The notes below the pieces were generated by a model, which was not told the DNA's origin, made no database searches, and saw only the letters and a list, made by a program, of their open reading frames with translations. Both the position numbers and the translations under genes were made by a program. A stretch of 63,850 nucleotides of DNA, filler included, from Octopus bimaculoides (taxonomy: Eukaryota), in assembly GCF_001194135.2 (NCBI RefSeq). It is 7 parts of 6 records of this genome, joined end to end, with 100 filler letters (N's around TTAATTAATTAA, not from the genome) between each part and the next. Parts side by side here need not be neighbours in the genome. Positions count along the whole stretch, not along the records: positions 7,341 to 26,329 come from NC_068987.1; positions 26,430 to 31,696 come from NC_068981.1; positions 31,797 to 44,218 come from NC_068987.1; 4 more parts are not named here. One strand, 5' to 3'. Each line of letters begins with the position of its first letter. The first letter of the stretch is position 1. Positions 22,781 to 35,614 of this stretch are shown here, piece by piece.

Positions 22781-22826
22781 GACACCTGACGAAGGCTAGA
22801 GGGTGTATCAGGCGAAACGTTGTGTT
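22781..22826 (+). ncRNA. Minimal type I hammerhead ribozyme with mutated stem II
   Basis: GACAC-CUGACGA-A-GGCUA...CAGGC-GAAAC-GUU-GUGUU. Stem II has mismatches. Confidence 0.55.
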
Positions 22827-25800
22827 AACAACAAACAAGATGAGGACAAATATCCGTCAAATGTAAATAATGTAAATAATGAAAATAATTCCTCATCTCT
22901 TAAATATAGAACTGTATTTCGGGATATATCGGTATTTGTTTTTCTCTGTATTGAGTAATCACTGCCTTGTTCCAGTTTTCGTAGAGTAGAGTGAATGAGA
23001 AAAGTGTACGATGCATGTCAGAATTTGATCGAAAGTTTTCCGGAAAATTGCATATATAGGTTAGGAAATATTGCACATTAGTTTGTGCTCAATATCGGGT
23101 ACCGCATGTCATAATATTTTGCTCCACCTCAGGTAATAAAAAAAAATGCAGTTTTGGAAAGAAGACACGAAAGCAGGCAATTGAATGTCATATTCCTATT
23201 AATGTCGTATAAAACAGATTTGTAATTTGAAATTGACGTCAATGATTTTAGTGTATTTGCTTCTGAGTGCTATAGAGCAGCAAATGCTCTTGTCGATCAC
23301 ACTTACGAAGAAATAGTCGTCAGTGCCGATGTCGTTGTCGTTTAAACCTTACGACAAACGTGATTGGAAACACCTAGGAACAAAGGCATTCCATCCTTAG
23401 GCTTGTGTCAATTTGTGTCAGTTTGTGTAGAGTAACTGCGTTTTCAATTTATCCGAATACATTTTAAGGATGCAGAATGCAAGTTGATTGGAATATGGCT
23501 GCGAACTTCAGTGGCTTGAGGACAACATTCCTCCCTTAATGGCTTGTAAATTTGCCTAATTTATTGATGAGCTGAAGATTAAATTACTGCTGAACATCGA
23601 ATCCCGCATTAGTTTATTTATACGATATTTTAAGAGAAAACTATTCACCAATTGTTAGAAGATATAGAACGGATTTCTTGATATGTTTTCATTTTGTTTG
23701 TAATTGCACTGAATTATAAATTATAAGATTCTGTTTAAATGACTTCTAGATTTTATTACTGTTACAATAATTTAACATATTTCAAATGAAATTCATTTAT
23801 CATAGGTTTAACTCCACTTCAGATAAAATAATGGAACGAATATTATCATTTTCATAGCATAGAATAATGCAATAACCTAACCCATTTATGAAATCAATCG
23901 CTTATTAATCTGATGCGAACTTCATTATCCTATTGACAATTATCTCACATGAAATTCAATGGGATTCTCGGTGATTTTCTAGCATTCATCTCTCTCCTTA
24001 TCACTATATTCAATGGCTTAAGCAACATACAAATGAGATGGAGAAGGGTTTATTGATTTTATACATTAGAACAGAACTGAAATACCAAACAACTTTGAAC
24101 AATTCAAGCACTGATTTGTCATACTGAAGAATTTGTTAACACTCATCTATGAGTTCAAAACATTAACATTTTCGTCTCCATAATATGTGCAAGTAGACAC
24201 CGTGTTTTAGTACTGAGCAATACTATTTTACATATATGACGATCAAAAAGTGTATATCTCAATCAACAATAACTGTGAAAATATGGACTCAGGTTCATAT
24301 TACAGAATATTTCCCTTAAATTTTTCGATCACGGTAAACTTATTGTCTAGTATAAATATATGTGAATAATGATCATAGATCATCATAGATTAAAGAGTCA
24401 CAGACGTTACCTATATACAACGCCAACGGCTACGAGTAAGCAAATGAAATTCTATACTACAATCTTGCGAACGTTAAAATGGAATGAGCTATCTACTCCT
24501 AGATAATCTTTATGTTTAGTCAGGAAGGAAGGCAAAAATCCATCATCTGTCACAGAGTCTTAAAGACTGGTGGGAGTGAGGGATGTATCTTGAAACGCAA
24601 ATCTGGCCCGAATACTTTCAACAGAGTGGAGTTGTTCAAAGTGTCTTACGTCTCCATCTTGTGGTTTTATATCGGGAGACGAGTTAATTCTACCACCCAA
24701 TAAGGTGGTGGTAAATATTCGAATTCAGAATGCAAACACCCGAAAAATATAAGAAAGCATCCACCTTCATTTAATTGATTCTGAATAGATGAAAAGCTAA
24801 TATTATCTCAGCGTGGCTTGAAATCAGTATGCAGGGTTTTGGAACAAACATTGTGAAGCAATTTTTTCCAATCTCTAAGTACCCTGTGTTTCACCTTCTG
24901 AGAAGTAGACGTTGTGGGTATAGGGGGAAATATTTTTTCATAAATTTGCTGGATTAGTGATAACCCAAGTCTAAATAAGGATAAAAAGACTCATAATTTG
25001 TGTTGGGTCGGTGTGATTACATACACGTTGAGTGATATTAGAAAACGTTCTTTACTTTCAATTCCATACTTATCATTACCAAACATTTCCTTGCCTAAAT
25101 ACTAGGTATGAAATAGTTAATTTCATTTTCGGCTTTGTTAAACAAAAATATAGAAATAAATGCCTTTAAAATGAAATTAAAATGATTAAGCAGTTGAAAT
25201 TTCGTGTTCTATATATAAAAGCTGCAACATATTAAATCATACTAATAATTTGATTTTTATTTATTGTTTTTACGTCTTTTCTTGATGTCCAGCATAAAGA
25301 TGTCACGTATATAACAAGTCTCTACAATCAACATATTCACCGTATAAAAAATACTCCAGACTTAATGTTTTAGGACAGATACTTTACTTCAGAAACCAAC
25401 GAGGAATATTTTACGTAGACGATAACCGTTTTTTGAATAGCAACCACGTCTCCGTTATCTAATATATTACCTTTGTAAATAATGAAGTCTATATTGGATT
25501 ATGTAGACCGTGATATACAAACATACACGTTGGACGTTGCTCGAAATCTTTTGATTATAGACGTTTTGCAGCAGAAATGATCTTCGGCAAAATAATAAAA
25601 GTAACTACAACTAAAAAAAAAAAAAAAATCAAAGTAATCAGTAGCATCTAAGCGCTAGAAGTTTTCGATGATATTTTTATGTTATGGAGAAAAAAGGTTT
25701 TCCATTAAAACGTAATACACTGGATAAATCAATACCGTGATTTTGCCTGGAGATTGCTAAAGAATCGGCAACATTGGAATGCAATGCTTACATTGTTGGA

Positions 25801-26240
25801 TGGGATTATCTTCCATTGTATAGTATTAGCTGTAGAGAAAAAAATAAGAAAACGAAATGGGATAAAGGCGATTAGCTTCTTCACATTCGGCAAATTTCTT
25901 GATACAACATACGTATATGTACATACATACACGTATGTGTGTGTGCGTGTGTATACATACATAGGAATACGTGTATACATTATGTGTATATCTATATATA
26001 TATGTGTGTGTATGTGTGTGTGTGTGGGGGTGTGTGTGTATGACTGCATATATATGCAGAGATATGATTGTACATATGAAACGATAGATATAATGTTACT
26101 TATATATTCCAATATACACGTGTATGTACATGTTTATGCACGCATTCATATCTATCATTTATCAATATGCGTCTGTGTGCACATGCAAGCAAATGTGACC
26201 ATACTTACGAACATTCTTGAACACCACGCACACATACACG

Positions 26241-26273
<33 letters not shown>

Positions 26274-26274
26274 G

Positions 26275-26324
<50 letters not shown>

Positions 26325-27791
26325 CATACNNNNNNNNNNNNNNNNNNNNNNNNNNNNNNNNNNNNNNNNNNNNTTAATTAATTAANNNNNNNNNNNNNNN
26401 NNNNNNNNNNNNNNNNNNNNNNNNNNNNNGATTTTTTTGTATGATTGTGTATAGAGGAATATATTATTTTGCTTAAAAGAGTTCCAACACTGTCTGTTTT
26501 TTATGTTTTATTTATATTCCTGCAGAACTAATGTGGGGTATAGAATATGGAATATACAATATATAATATAATATACAATATATAATATAAAATAAAATAA
26601 AAATGGATGGCACCATGAAATAAAGTATTGAATGTAGATGAAATATTGAGTGTTCAATATAAAGGATCAAATATATAAATATATAAATATAAATATATAT
26701 ATATAAAGGCGACTCGAGTTTCAGGGCTATTTCTCTTCGTCATGGCCGGTATGACAGTCTTTACAAATATATAAAACCAAAACAAAAGTTAGGCACGTAC
26801 TACTTCACATTTACGCACTTCACGTTTTTGAAAATTCTGTCTACATCCTTGAAATGTTACTTAAATGGAATGACGTGTAGTTCATTATTACAATTACGTT
26901 TCGTAGTTATATTTTCATATATTGAACAGAATGCCGGGAAAGTAGGATTACATATGCCTTTGAATGAGTGTGCATGAATGGTTCTTATAATGAAGATTCA
27001 CCATGAAGATCAGACTATTTAATGTTAGGGACGTTTAACGTATATGTAAACGTATTCAGTACCATTTATCGGTTTCAAATATTTATATAAAAAGAAGTTT
27101 GATATAGGTTTAGGTAAACAAACAAAAAAAAGGACATGTTAATAATGAGTTAAATATGTTAGTAAGATAAGAGTTCCCTTCAGTGTTTACAAAATAGAAA
27201 AACAAAATTATTTGGAAGAAATGTCTCAACAACATTTACGAAACGAAAGTGGTTTTTTGCCAATATGTGTTTGTGTATGTATTTTCAAATATATACTTAT
27301 ATATATATATATATATATNNNNNNNNNNNNNNNNNNNNNNNNNNNNNNNNNNNNNNNNNNNNNNNNNNNNNNNNNNNNNNNNNNNNNNNNNNNNNNNNNN
27401 NNNNNNNNNNNNNNNNNNNNNNNNNNNNNNNNNNNNNNNNNNNNNNNNNNNNNNNNNNNNNNNNNNNNNNNNNNNNNNNNNNNNNNNNNNNNNNNNNNNN
27501 NNNNNNNNNNNNNNNNNNNNNNNNNNNNNNNNNNNNNNNNNNNNNNNNNNNNNNNNNNNNNNNNNNNNNNNNNNNNNNNNNNNNNNNNNNNNNNNNNNNN
27601 NNNNNNNNNNNNNNNNNNNNNNNNNNNNNNNNNNNNNNNNNNNNNNNNNNNNNNNNNNNNNNNNNNNNNNNNNNNNNNNNNNNNNNNNNNNNNNNNNNNN
27701 NNNNNNNNNNNNNNNNNNNNNNNNNNNNNNNNNNNNNNNNNNNNNNNNNNNNNNNNNNNNNNNNNNNNNNNNNNNNNNNGAGAGAGAGACA

Positions 27792-27829
<38 letters not shown>

Positions 27830-28055
27830 TAGGGAGAGAGGGAGAGATAGAAAGAGATAGCGAGAGGGAAATGAATAGCGCGAGAGCACGCATTTCAATA
27901 TGTACACTTTTAAGATTTTGTTTGTATGCATGTTTCGTATGTGTTTCTTATAACAACCACACAGTGGTTTACTGAAACTTCCATAACATTATGAAAAACT
28001 TTTGCGTTACACACAATTGAATGTTTGATGATTTTGGCCGATATTATGACTCATA

Positions 28056-28559
28056 TTAGTCCTTTTCTTCGGGTATTATATTGATTTTCCGTGCACACAC
28101 ACAGGCTGTGGCTACATCGATGACACTTGGTTTATAAACGTACAGTCCATCAACACATTCACCGGTATGTTCCAGGACAGTCATTGGAGTATATACCATC
28201 ACACATTGGTGGTTATCGTCAGAGTCGAGACAGTCTGAACAGCGACAAACGACATCTGTTCGTGATGGAGGAAAATATGTCGAATTGTGTGTAATTTTTA
28301 GGTACCATGGGCAGGTTGAACGCTCGCGAATGATATCAGTAGATACAGAAGATGTTGGGCAAGTTTTATTCCCTTCGGTCAGTTCTTGTTGGTCACTTCC
28401 CGCTGGAGCTAATTCAGCTGGTATGAAAAAGTTATTACCGATCGCTGCGCTGGATAGTTTCTCGTATTGAACTTTCAAGTCGTTTGGTATATTACATTGT
28501 GTCGGAATTGACGCCGAGGATATGAACAATACGAAGTTGGTGAGGAGGAAGATTACAAC
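28056..28559 (-). CDS. IL17: Interleukin-17-like cytokine, main (second) coding exon
   Basis: Acceptor TTCTCTTCCAG|GTT (phase 0) and a hydrophobic signal segment VVIFLLTNFVLFISSA. Carries the IL-17 cystine-knot motifs RSTCPW, CRCSDC, QCVMV, GEC and ACVC, and is open to the stop at 28056. The invertebrate paralog identity cannot be resolved. Confidence 0.9.
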   Translation of the reverse strand, partial: VVIFLLTNFVLFISSASIPTQCNIPNDLKVQYEKLSSAAIGNNFFIPAELAPAGSDQQELTEGNKTCPTSSVSTDIIRERSTCPWYLKITHNSTYFPPSRTDVVCRCSDCLDSDDNHQCVMVYTPMTVLEHTGECVDGLYVYKPSVIDVATACVCARKINIIPEEKD

Positions 28560-28798
28560 CTGGAAGAGAACCTGCGTGATATAAAATGTTTATGAGAAGA
28601 TGAGTAATTACAGTTCAATACGACACACAGCTTAGAAAAATATAGTACATCTATAGGACGCATTAACTGACTCTCTCTCTCTCACACACAAACACGCACA
28701 GACTCACAGACTTAAACAGAAACGAACACACTTATACACACACACACGCGCGTGCGCACGTGCACAAATACACACATACACACTCACACACACACTCT

Positions 28799-28837
<39 letters not shown>

Positions 28838-29458
28838 ACATATGTATTCATACGTGTTCATGAAAGATTAGAGGGCACTCGTAATGTGTTGATCGAATGT
28901 AAACTAGGCAGGTGTCTTTTTTTTTTTATAAGAGAAAACAAATGAACGAAATATTCTCGACAAGACTTGAATCAGCTGTTGATATCCGTATATAAAGTAG
29001 GAAAGTTACAAATATGAAGTATAGTAAGAACAGTTGGAAATGGTCTGGTGTGATACTTATATGATTTCCTCAGTAAACAACGAAATTTGACAAACTGTTT
29101 ATGTCTAAGAGCAAGAGGTGTAATATGAAATACAATAAATAGCAATTGAAAAGTTGTGGAGTATATTTACAAGAAATAATTCCGTGAACGTGTTATTTTT
29201 TGAATTTAAACATCGATGTAAAGGTATAGGATATCAACCACAGCGACTTTTCAATTTGTGAGATATTTGGTGTTTTCAGGAGCAACACAGATGACGAGAA
29301 ATTCTCGAAAAATATGTCGTTGTTACTCGAGTAACAGCGTCAAACTAGCCAACATTCTCAATAATGCCGCTATTATCTTTGTTTGTTTCGTAGACAATGT
29401 AAACAGAAATGTTTGTCATTTTAGAAATAAAATAAATCAAACAATGAGCGAATGTTAC

Positions 29459-29473
29459 ATTAAAATTCATCAT
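29459..29473 (-). CDS. IL17: Candidate first coding exon of the IL-17-like gene (MMNFN)
   Basis: ATG ATG AAT TTT AAT followed by GTAACA. A phase-0 join gives MMNFNVVIFLLTNFVLFISSA, a plausible signal peptide. The donor is weak. Confidence 0.4.
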
Positions 29474-29744
29474 TCAGCTTTCTGAATCGAAGTGTCCTAA
29501 AACTCTTATTCGTCCGTTTTAATTGCTGATATCGTTTCTATTCTATGTAAGTAGGACCTTTTTGTATGTAAACGTATATACATTATTTGCATTAAATGTA
29601 TTTACTATTTTTGTATATAGACAAGCCTAATTTGCTTATCCTTACATTTACAATTCTCCCTCACCAAGTTTAAACCTCTTGCCCACTCCGAAGTGTGATC
29701 TGTGCATAGAATATCTGATTCTCATCTATAAACTATATAAATAT

Positions 29745-30025
29745 ATGGTTCAGTGGTTAGAGCATCATGAGGTCGTAAGTTCGATTTCCGGTCCCGGTTG
29801 TCTGTTGTGTTCTTGAGCAAAACACAGTATTTGATGTTGCTCCAGTCCCCTCAGCTGTAGAAAGGAGGTACGATGTCTCTGATGCCAAGAGGTGTCGGCA
29901 TTTGCCTTTCCCTTGCAAACCATCGATGGCATGGTGAGGGGAAGCTGGTATGCAGTGAAAGGATTTCTACTTCGGTGAAGATCCTTCTCGGAAAAATCCC
30001 ATGGACACTGAGGACGAAAGGGGTT
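29745..30025 (+). mobile_element. Degraded tRNA-derived SINE upstream of IL-17
   Basis: GGTTCAGTGGTTAGAGC...AGTTCGATTTCC head, TTCTTGAGCAAAACAC, and a body related to 860-1047. Confidence 0.7.
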
Positions 30026-30922
30026 CTTTACTTTAACCAATATATAACTAAATAGATAGAAAAATGAATACACACATTATGCGCTTCATATCCTTCTGTT
30101 TTAAGGTTCTTTAAAGCATTCGCACAAATTCAACTTTAACACCTGCCAAATTCGCGCTCTCACATACTCAACTGCAATTTTAGATAAATTAGAAGTGGGA
30201 ACAAAGAATTACATGAGCATAATAAATGTATAAAAATATACAAGGCCACTTATATTTGTGTGCATGAAAGTATTAGATCAATATACTAAAGCCACAAAAG
30301 TACGTCTCGGATGTATAATAGCAATCAGAGTAAGGTACATCTGAAAATCATTCAGTCGTTTGAAGAAAGGCAGATTTTTCCTTGAATGAGACAAGAGTAA
30401 GCATAGAAATAAGACTGTAGATATAAATATTACGGTTGATAGTAACAATGTATGATTACTTACGTTGGTGGTATTCATTATAATGGTTGGTCACTTGGAA
30501 TGGAAAGGATGACAATATTATTATATGTGTATATATTATCAAAGAAAGCTTGAACGTGTTAGCCTTTTGAAATAATATTCGCTTGTGATGTTACCAACTA
30601 CTTTGAGGTTCCTTATATACAATATTTGAGGCAGTGGAATTACCATATGTCATAATGGTTAACCAAAACTAAAGAAATTATCAATATAAACAGGAGGAAC
30701 TAACAAAATGACATAAGATTTCACTTCCAGTAAGGTGTAGTATATGATATCAAATGAGAAGTAATTGTGACCTATATAATTCGAGGAGAGCCTGAAGTAA
30801 CCCGGACATAACTGAGAATTTGTTTCCTCCTTTACCTGTTTATCGGTTGCATGTGAGGTAAGTAAATATTTTTCTTTCGTGGTTTTCCGTTTTTTCTATC
30901 CCTACTTTATCTATTGCCTATT

Positions 30923-30978
<56 letters not shown>

Positions 30979-30979
30979 A

Positions 30980-31696
30980 ATGGACAAGGTAGTTAAGGAA
31001 TCTGGCATGGGTGGGGCGCTGATCAATTTGGATCAATCAAAAGCCTTCGATAGGGTAGACCATCACTACTTGGAAGCCGTCCTCATAGCGGCTGGTTTCG
31101 GTCCCGTCTTCCGCGGTTGGATCGCTGCCTTATACAGCGGCATCCGCTCGGTAGTTCGCGTAAACGGTCATCTATCCAGACCCTTCGGCATCATGCGTTC
31201 GGTTCGTCAAGGATGCCCCCTCTCGGCCCTTCTGTATGTATTGACTCTTGAGCCTCTACTGCGGAAGCTGGCGACGCTGAGGGGCACCCCACGAGAGCTG
31301 GGATGTGGGACGAGCGTGTCTGCATACGCGGTCGATGTCACCGCCATAGTGTCGAGCCAAAAACACACCGAGCTGGTCGGCGAGAGACTCAAAGAATACG
31401 AATCGGTAACGGGAGCAAAAATTAACCGGGGTAAGTCAGTGGGCTTGCGGCTCGGCACCTGGAGAAGCAAGCCCATGCCGTCTAACAGCGTCTCCGCTGT
31501 GGGACGCTGGACCGACGGGCCGGTTAAATTGCTTGGAGTCTGGTTCGGTCCGGACCTCCAGATGGAGAAGAACCGGGGCGAAATAACGACTAGGGTGGTC
31601 ACTCTGACTCGGCAATGGGCCGAGAGGAAGCTATCCCTAAAAGGTCGGGCGGAGGTGGCGAACGCGTACATTGTATCCGTCATCGAATACCGTCTG
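30980..31696 (+). mobile_element. Tx1/L1-clade LINE reverse transcriptase fragment, 5'-truncated
   Basis: LDQSKAFDRVDH, SVRQGCPLS, YAVD (YADD mutated), GAKINRGKS, VKLLGVWFG and LSLKGRAEVAN in one open frame. GC-rich. The 5' end abuts (TCTA)n. Confidence 0.92.
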
Positions 31697-31796
31697 NNNN
31701 NNNNNNNNNNNNNNNNNNNNNNNNNNNNNNNNNNNNNNNNTTAATTAATTAANNNNNNNNNNNNNNNNNNNNNNNNNNNNNNNNNNNNNNNNNNNN

Positions 31797-31874
<78 letters not shown>

Positions 31875-32744
31875 CTACATATGTACACACATATATACAT
31901 ACATATGTATACATTTTCATATATATACACATATACATATATATACGTACATATACACATATCACACATACAAACATGAAACACATGAATATGCAGAATA
32001 CATACATACATACATATGTGCATACACATGCACACTGACGCACACGCATGCGCACAAACAAACAAGCAGACAAAAAGAACGCAGCTCTGATAACGGACAG
32101 TCAACGACAATTGAAAAGGTTGGAAGAGGCAACGAAAGTTTTAGAAAAAATAAGTAATTGAGTGGAAATCGAACCGGTTAAATAAAAAAGAATGACTCTC
32201 GCCATACAAAATTATGTGTGTGTGTGTGTGTGTGTATGCATATATAAGTACACACACTTATGATATATATAAATGTATGTGTGTGTGTGTGTGTGTGTCT
32301 TCACACAAACGGACCCCGATTTAATGGACTGCTAATTAACGTCGTGGTAAATACTTTCTAATTTTACTGTCAAAAAGCCGTTTTTAGTTATAATTAAGTA
32401 AGTCTATACTGTGCGGTAGCGCAGTAATTCTAAACTTCACAAACCAAACACCAGTGTTTGCACCGCGCCACAAAAAGTATTTTAATGAATGACGTTGACA
32501 TATTACATCTTTAGCAATAGAGCTGCTGGATAAAATTTAATTTGGCTTTGCGAGCAGGATTGAAATAAAAACCAAATCACACCGGGTCAGATAAGGAACA
32601 ATTAATTATTCATAAAATCCAAATCATAATGTAAGCCAACGTAAATGGATTAAGAAAGAGATCTGCATACTAGCAATATGTAATTTACAAAATATTTTAA
32701 AATTCATCCATCCATCTATCCAGTTTCTCTACACACTATTACTG

Positions 32745-33060
32745 AGGAGATCATGGTGGGTAGATCCCTCAGGAATCCTCCACAGGATCCTATCAAAAGC
32801 AACAATCATTAGATTTCACGGATTAATTCCAAAGCTGACTAACTTGAGATTATGGACATTATCCAATCACCTCATTCTTGGTCTATCTCTATGTCTCTTG
32901 CATATTGCTTTGGCTTGAAGGATCCTTCTTGCGATACTATCCAGTGACATTCTCATCACATGTCAATTGAGCTCGAGCTGTGACCTCTCGATGTGGAAGA
33001 AGGGTAGTGGCTCAACCTAGAGAAACTCTATGATCTCCGAGCTTACCCAACCTGCCCAGT
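32745..33060 (-). mobile_element. Degraded RTE LINE 3' ORF fragment
   Basis: IERSQL...HVMRMSLDSIARRILQAK...RDRPRMR*LDNVH resembles the RTE motif GHVxRM...R.RGRP..RW.D. Confidence 0.8.
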
Positions 33061-34048
33061 ATTAAAGATTATTTAATACTGGGCATTTCTGTGAGCCGTG
33101 TGTGTTAAACACCCCTGTCATAGAGTATTACTCCTTTTAATTCTTCTTCCTTCGCCATGGTGTTGGACAATATTAAAAAGTTGAAGACCATGTTTAATTA
33201 TTTTATATTTTAGATAACACAACAATTTGTTGGATCCCTTTTTAATGTTCACTGGCTCTTTCCCCTTTCAGAAACAGCGGATTATGGTATATTAGTTTAA
33301 AACATGCGTATGTGTATCTGTGTTTAAGTCTGCATGCATTCATGTATGTATGTCATTATTCAGTTTAATTTCAAGATTTCTTGCCAATAGAGAAAGAGCC
33401 GGTTTCTAACCTTGATCCAAGACTCTTTCATTGGAATTTCAACAACGTCACCAAGGTATTTTTATATGTATGTATGTCTCTATCTATCTATATGTATATA
33501 TGTATGCACCTATATGTGCAGATTTGTGCGTATGTATGGGTATGTGCGTGTATGTGTGTGTATACACAAAATGACCAGATGGTACATTTTTGATCATAGT
33601 TTTAGTTGATCAGAGATCAGGGTTGACTTGGGGGATTAAACAGCATAATTCCTAGAACTAACGAGGAATCCTCTACTTCTTCGTCCTACCTAGTAGAAAT
33701 AGCAGCAGGTTTGGCAATCAGCAAATCGTATCATAGTATTTTCTATGCATGATTTAATACTATATCAACTGGAGGGAACGGGAAGCAGGATGATCACAGT
33801 TGGAAAGATTTATTAGTATTTAGTCTCTGGAGAGCATAGACTAAATCTAATATTTCGTAAAATTATCTTTAAAAGATAATAAGAGAGCCAAATGCATGAA
33901 CGACACAACATAACATAAGAATTATTTCCATACATAAATGTGAAAATGAAATATTGAAACGGTTGAAGAAAGCCAGGCATGTGTGTATATGCAGGCTGTA
34001 CGTACATACATACATATCTGTATAAGCAGGCTGTACATAAATATCTAC

Positions 34049-34099
<51 letters not shown>

Positions 34100-34100
34100 A

Positions 34101-34142
<42 letters not shown>

Positions 34143-34329
34143 NNNNNNNNNNNNNNNNNNNNNNNNNNNNNNNNNNNNNNNNNNNNNNNNNNNNNNNNNN
34201 NNNNNNNNNNNNNNNNNNNNNNNNNNNNNNNNNNNNNNNNNNNNNNNNNNNNNNNNNNNNNNNNNNNNNNNNNNNNNNNNNNNNNNNNNNNNNNNNNNNN
34301 NNNNNNNNNNNNNNNNNNNNNNNNNNNNN

Positions 34330-34367
<38 letters not shown>

Positions 34368-35169
34368 CATGGATGTATACATATATATATATATAGTTGT
34401 ATATAAATATATACATATTTATATGTAGCATATCTATACACACACACATATATATACTTCTATATAAATATATACATGTATATGTATGTAGAATATATAT
34501 ATATATCTACATACATATGTATGTAGTATGTATACATATATATGTATGTAGTATATATACACACATACATGTATATATGTTTATGGATGTATACATATAT
34601 ATATAGTTGTATATAAATATATACATGTGTATGCATGTATGATATATATATATATATGTTGTATAAATATATATATATATGTGTATGTAGTATATATATA
34701 TATGTATATATACATATATATACAGATATAAATACATATATATATATGTAGTATATCTATATACATATATACATATGTATGTAATATATTTATATACACA
34801 TATATAATATATACACATATATATAGTATATTATATATATATATATATATATATTTATACATACATGTATATACGTATATATATATATGTGTGTGTGTGT
34901 GCGTGTGTATATATATATATATGGGAGAATATACAAATAATAACAACAGACGAGGACAGGTGGTGTAAATAACAAAAGTACACATATATATACATATATA
35001 TACATATAAGCGACCAAAGTATACGTACGCCGCTATATTTTTTTTATATATAAAAAATACAAAAATGGGACAACGCAAAACATCCAGACAGTTAGGTGAT
35101 ACAAAAAAGGGACATCCCTTTTTTGTCTCATTTTTGTATTTTATATATACATATTGTATATATGGGTAT

Positions 35170-35460
35170 AGGAAGTCACCAACAGTAAACAACATGAAAT
35201 ACGAAAACAAAGGAGTTCAATACGCAAACAACGAGAGAAACAAATGGAAAACAGGCTAAGTAATACAAAGAACGACACTTCATCAGTTGTCAGCTGTCTA
35301 TCTACTCCTCATTTTGAGCATGGAACGACAATATGAGTCTTCGAAGACAGTTGCTCCCATAAGTACCAAAATAAAATTTGGGACTTATGGAGGGTCAAAG
35401 TTGGGAACAAAAACAGGACAATGGAAGCCGAACGAAAACAAACATGGAGGGTCGTTAGAC
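35170..35460. repeat. Probable interspersed repeat of unresolved class, between TA tracts
   Basis: Non-coding block bounded by microsatellites. The class cannot be determined by eye. Confidence 0.35.
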
Positions 35461-35573
35461 CGTATATACGTATACTTACATATATATATATATATATATA
35501 TGATTACACATACATTCACACATGTATACATAGATATATATATACACACTCATACATAAATACATATAAATAC

Positions 35574-35614
<41 letters not shown>

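Larger units (their letters stand above)
22368..22915. mobile_element. Head-to-head palindromic dimer of the tRNA-head/(AAT)n/pLTR unit with a 12-bp TSD
   Basis: Arms 22366-22622 and 22623-22880 are inverted around GCCAT|ATGGC. The right arm carries an extra tail of about 35 nt. ATTTCGGGATAT flanks the insert at 22356-22367 and 22916-22927. Confidence 0.9.

Noticed and set aside
23232-23243. Perfect CRE palindrome ATTGACGTCAAT
   Set aside because: A single short motif, separated from IL-17 by a scaffold join, with no supporting context.
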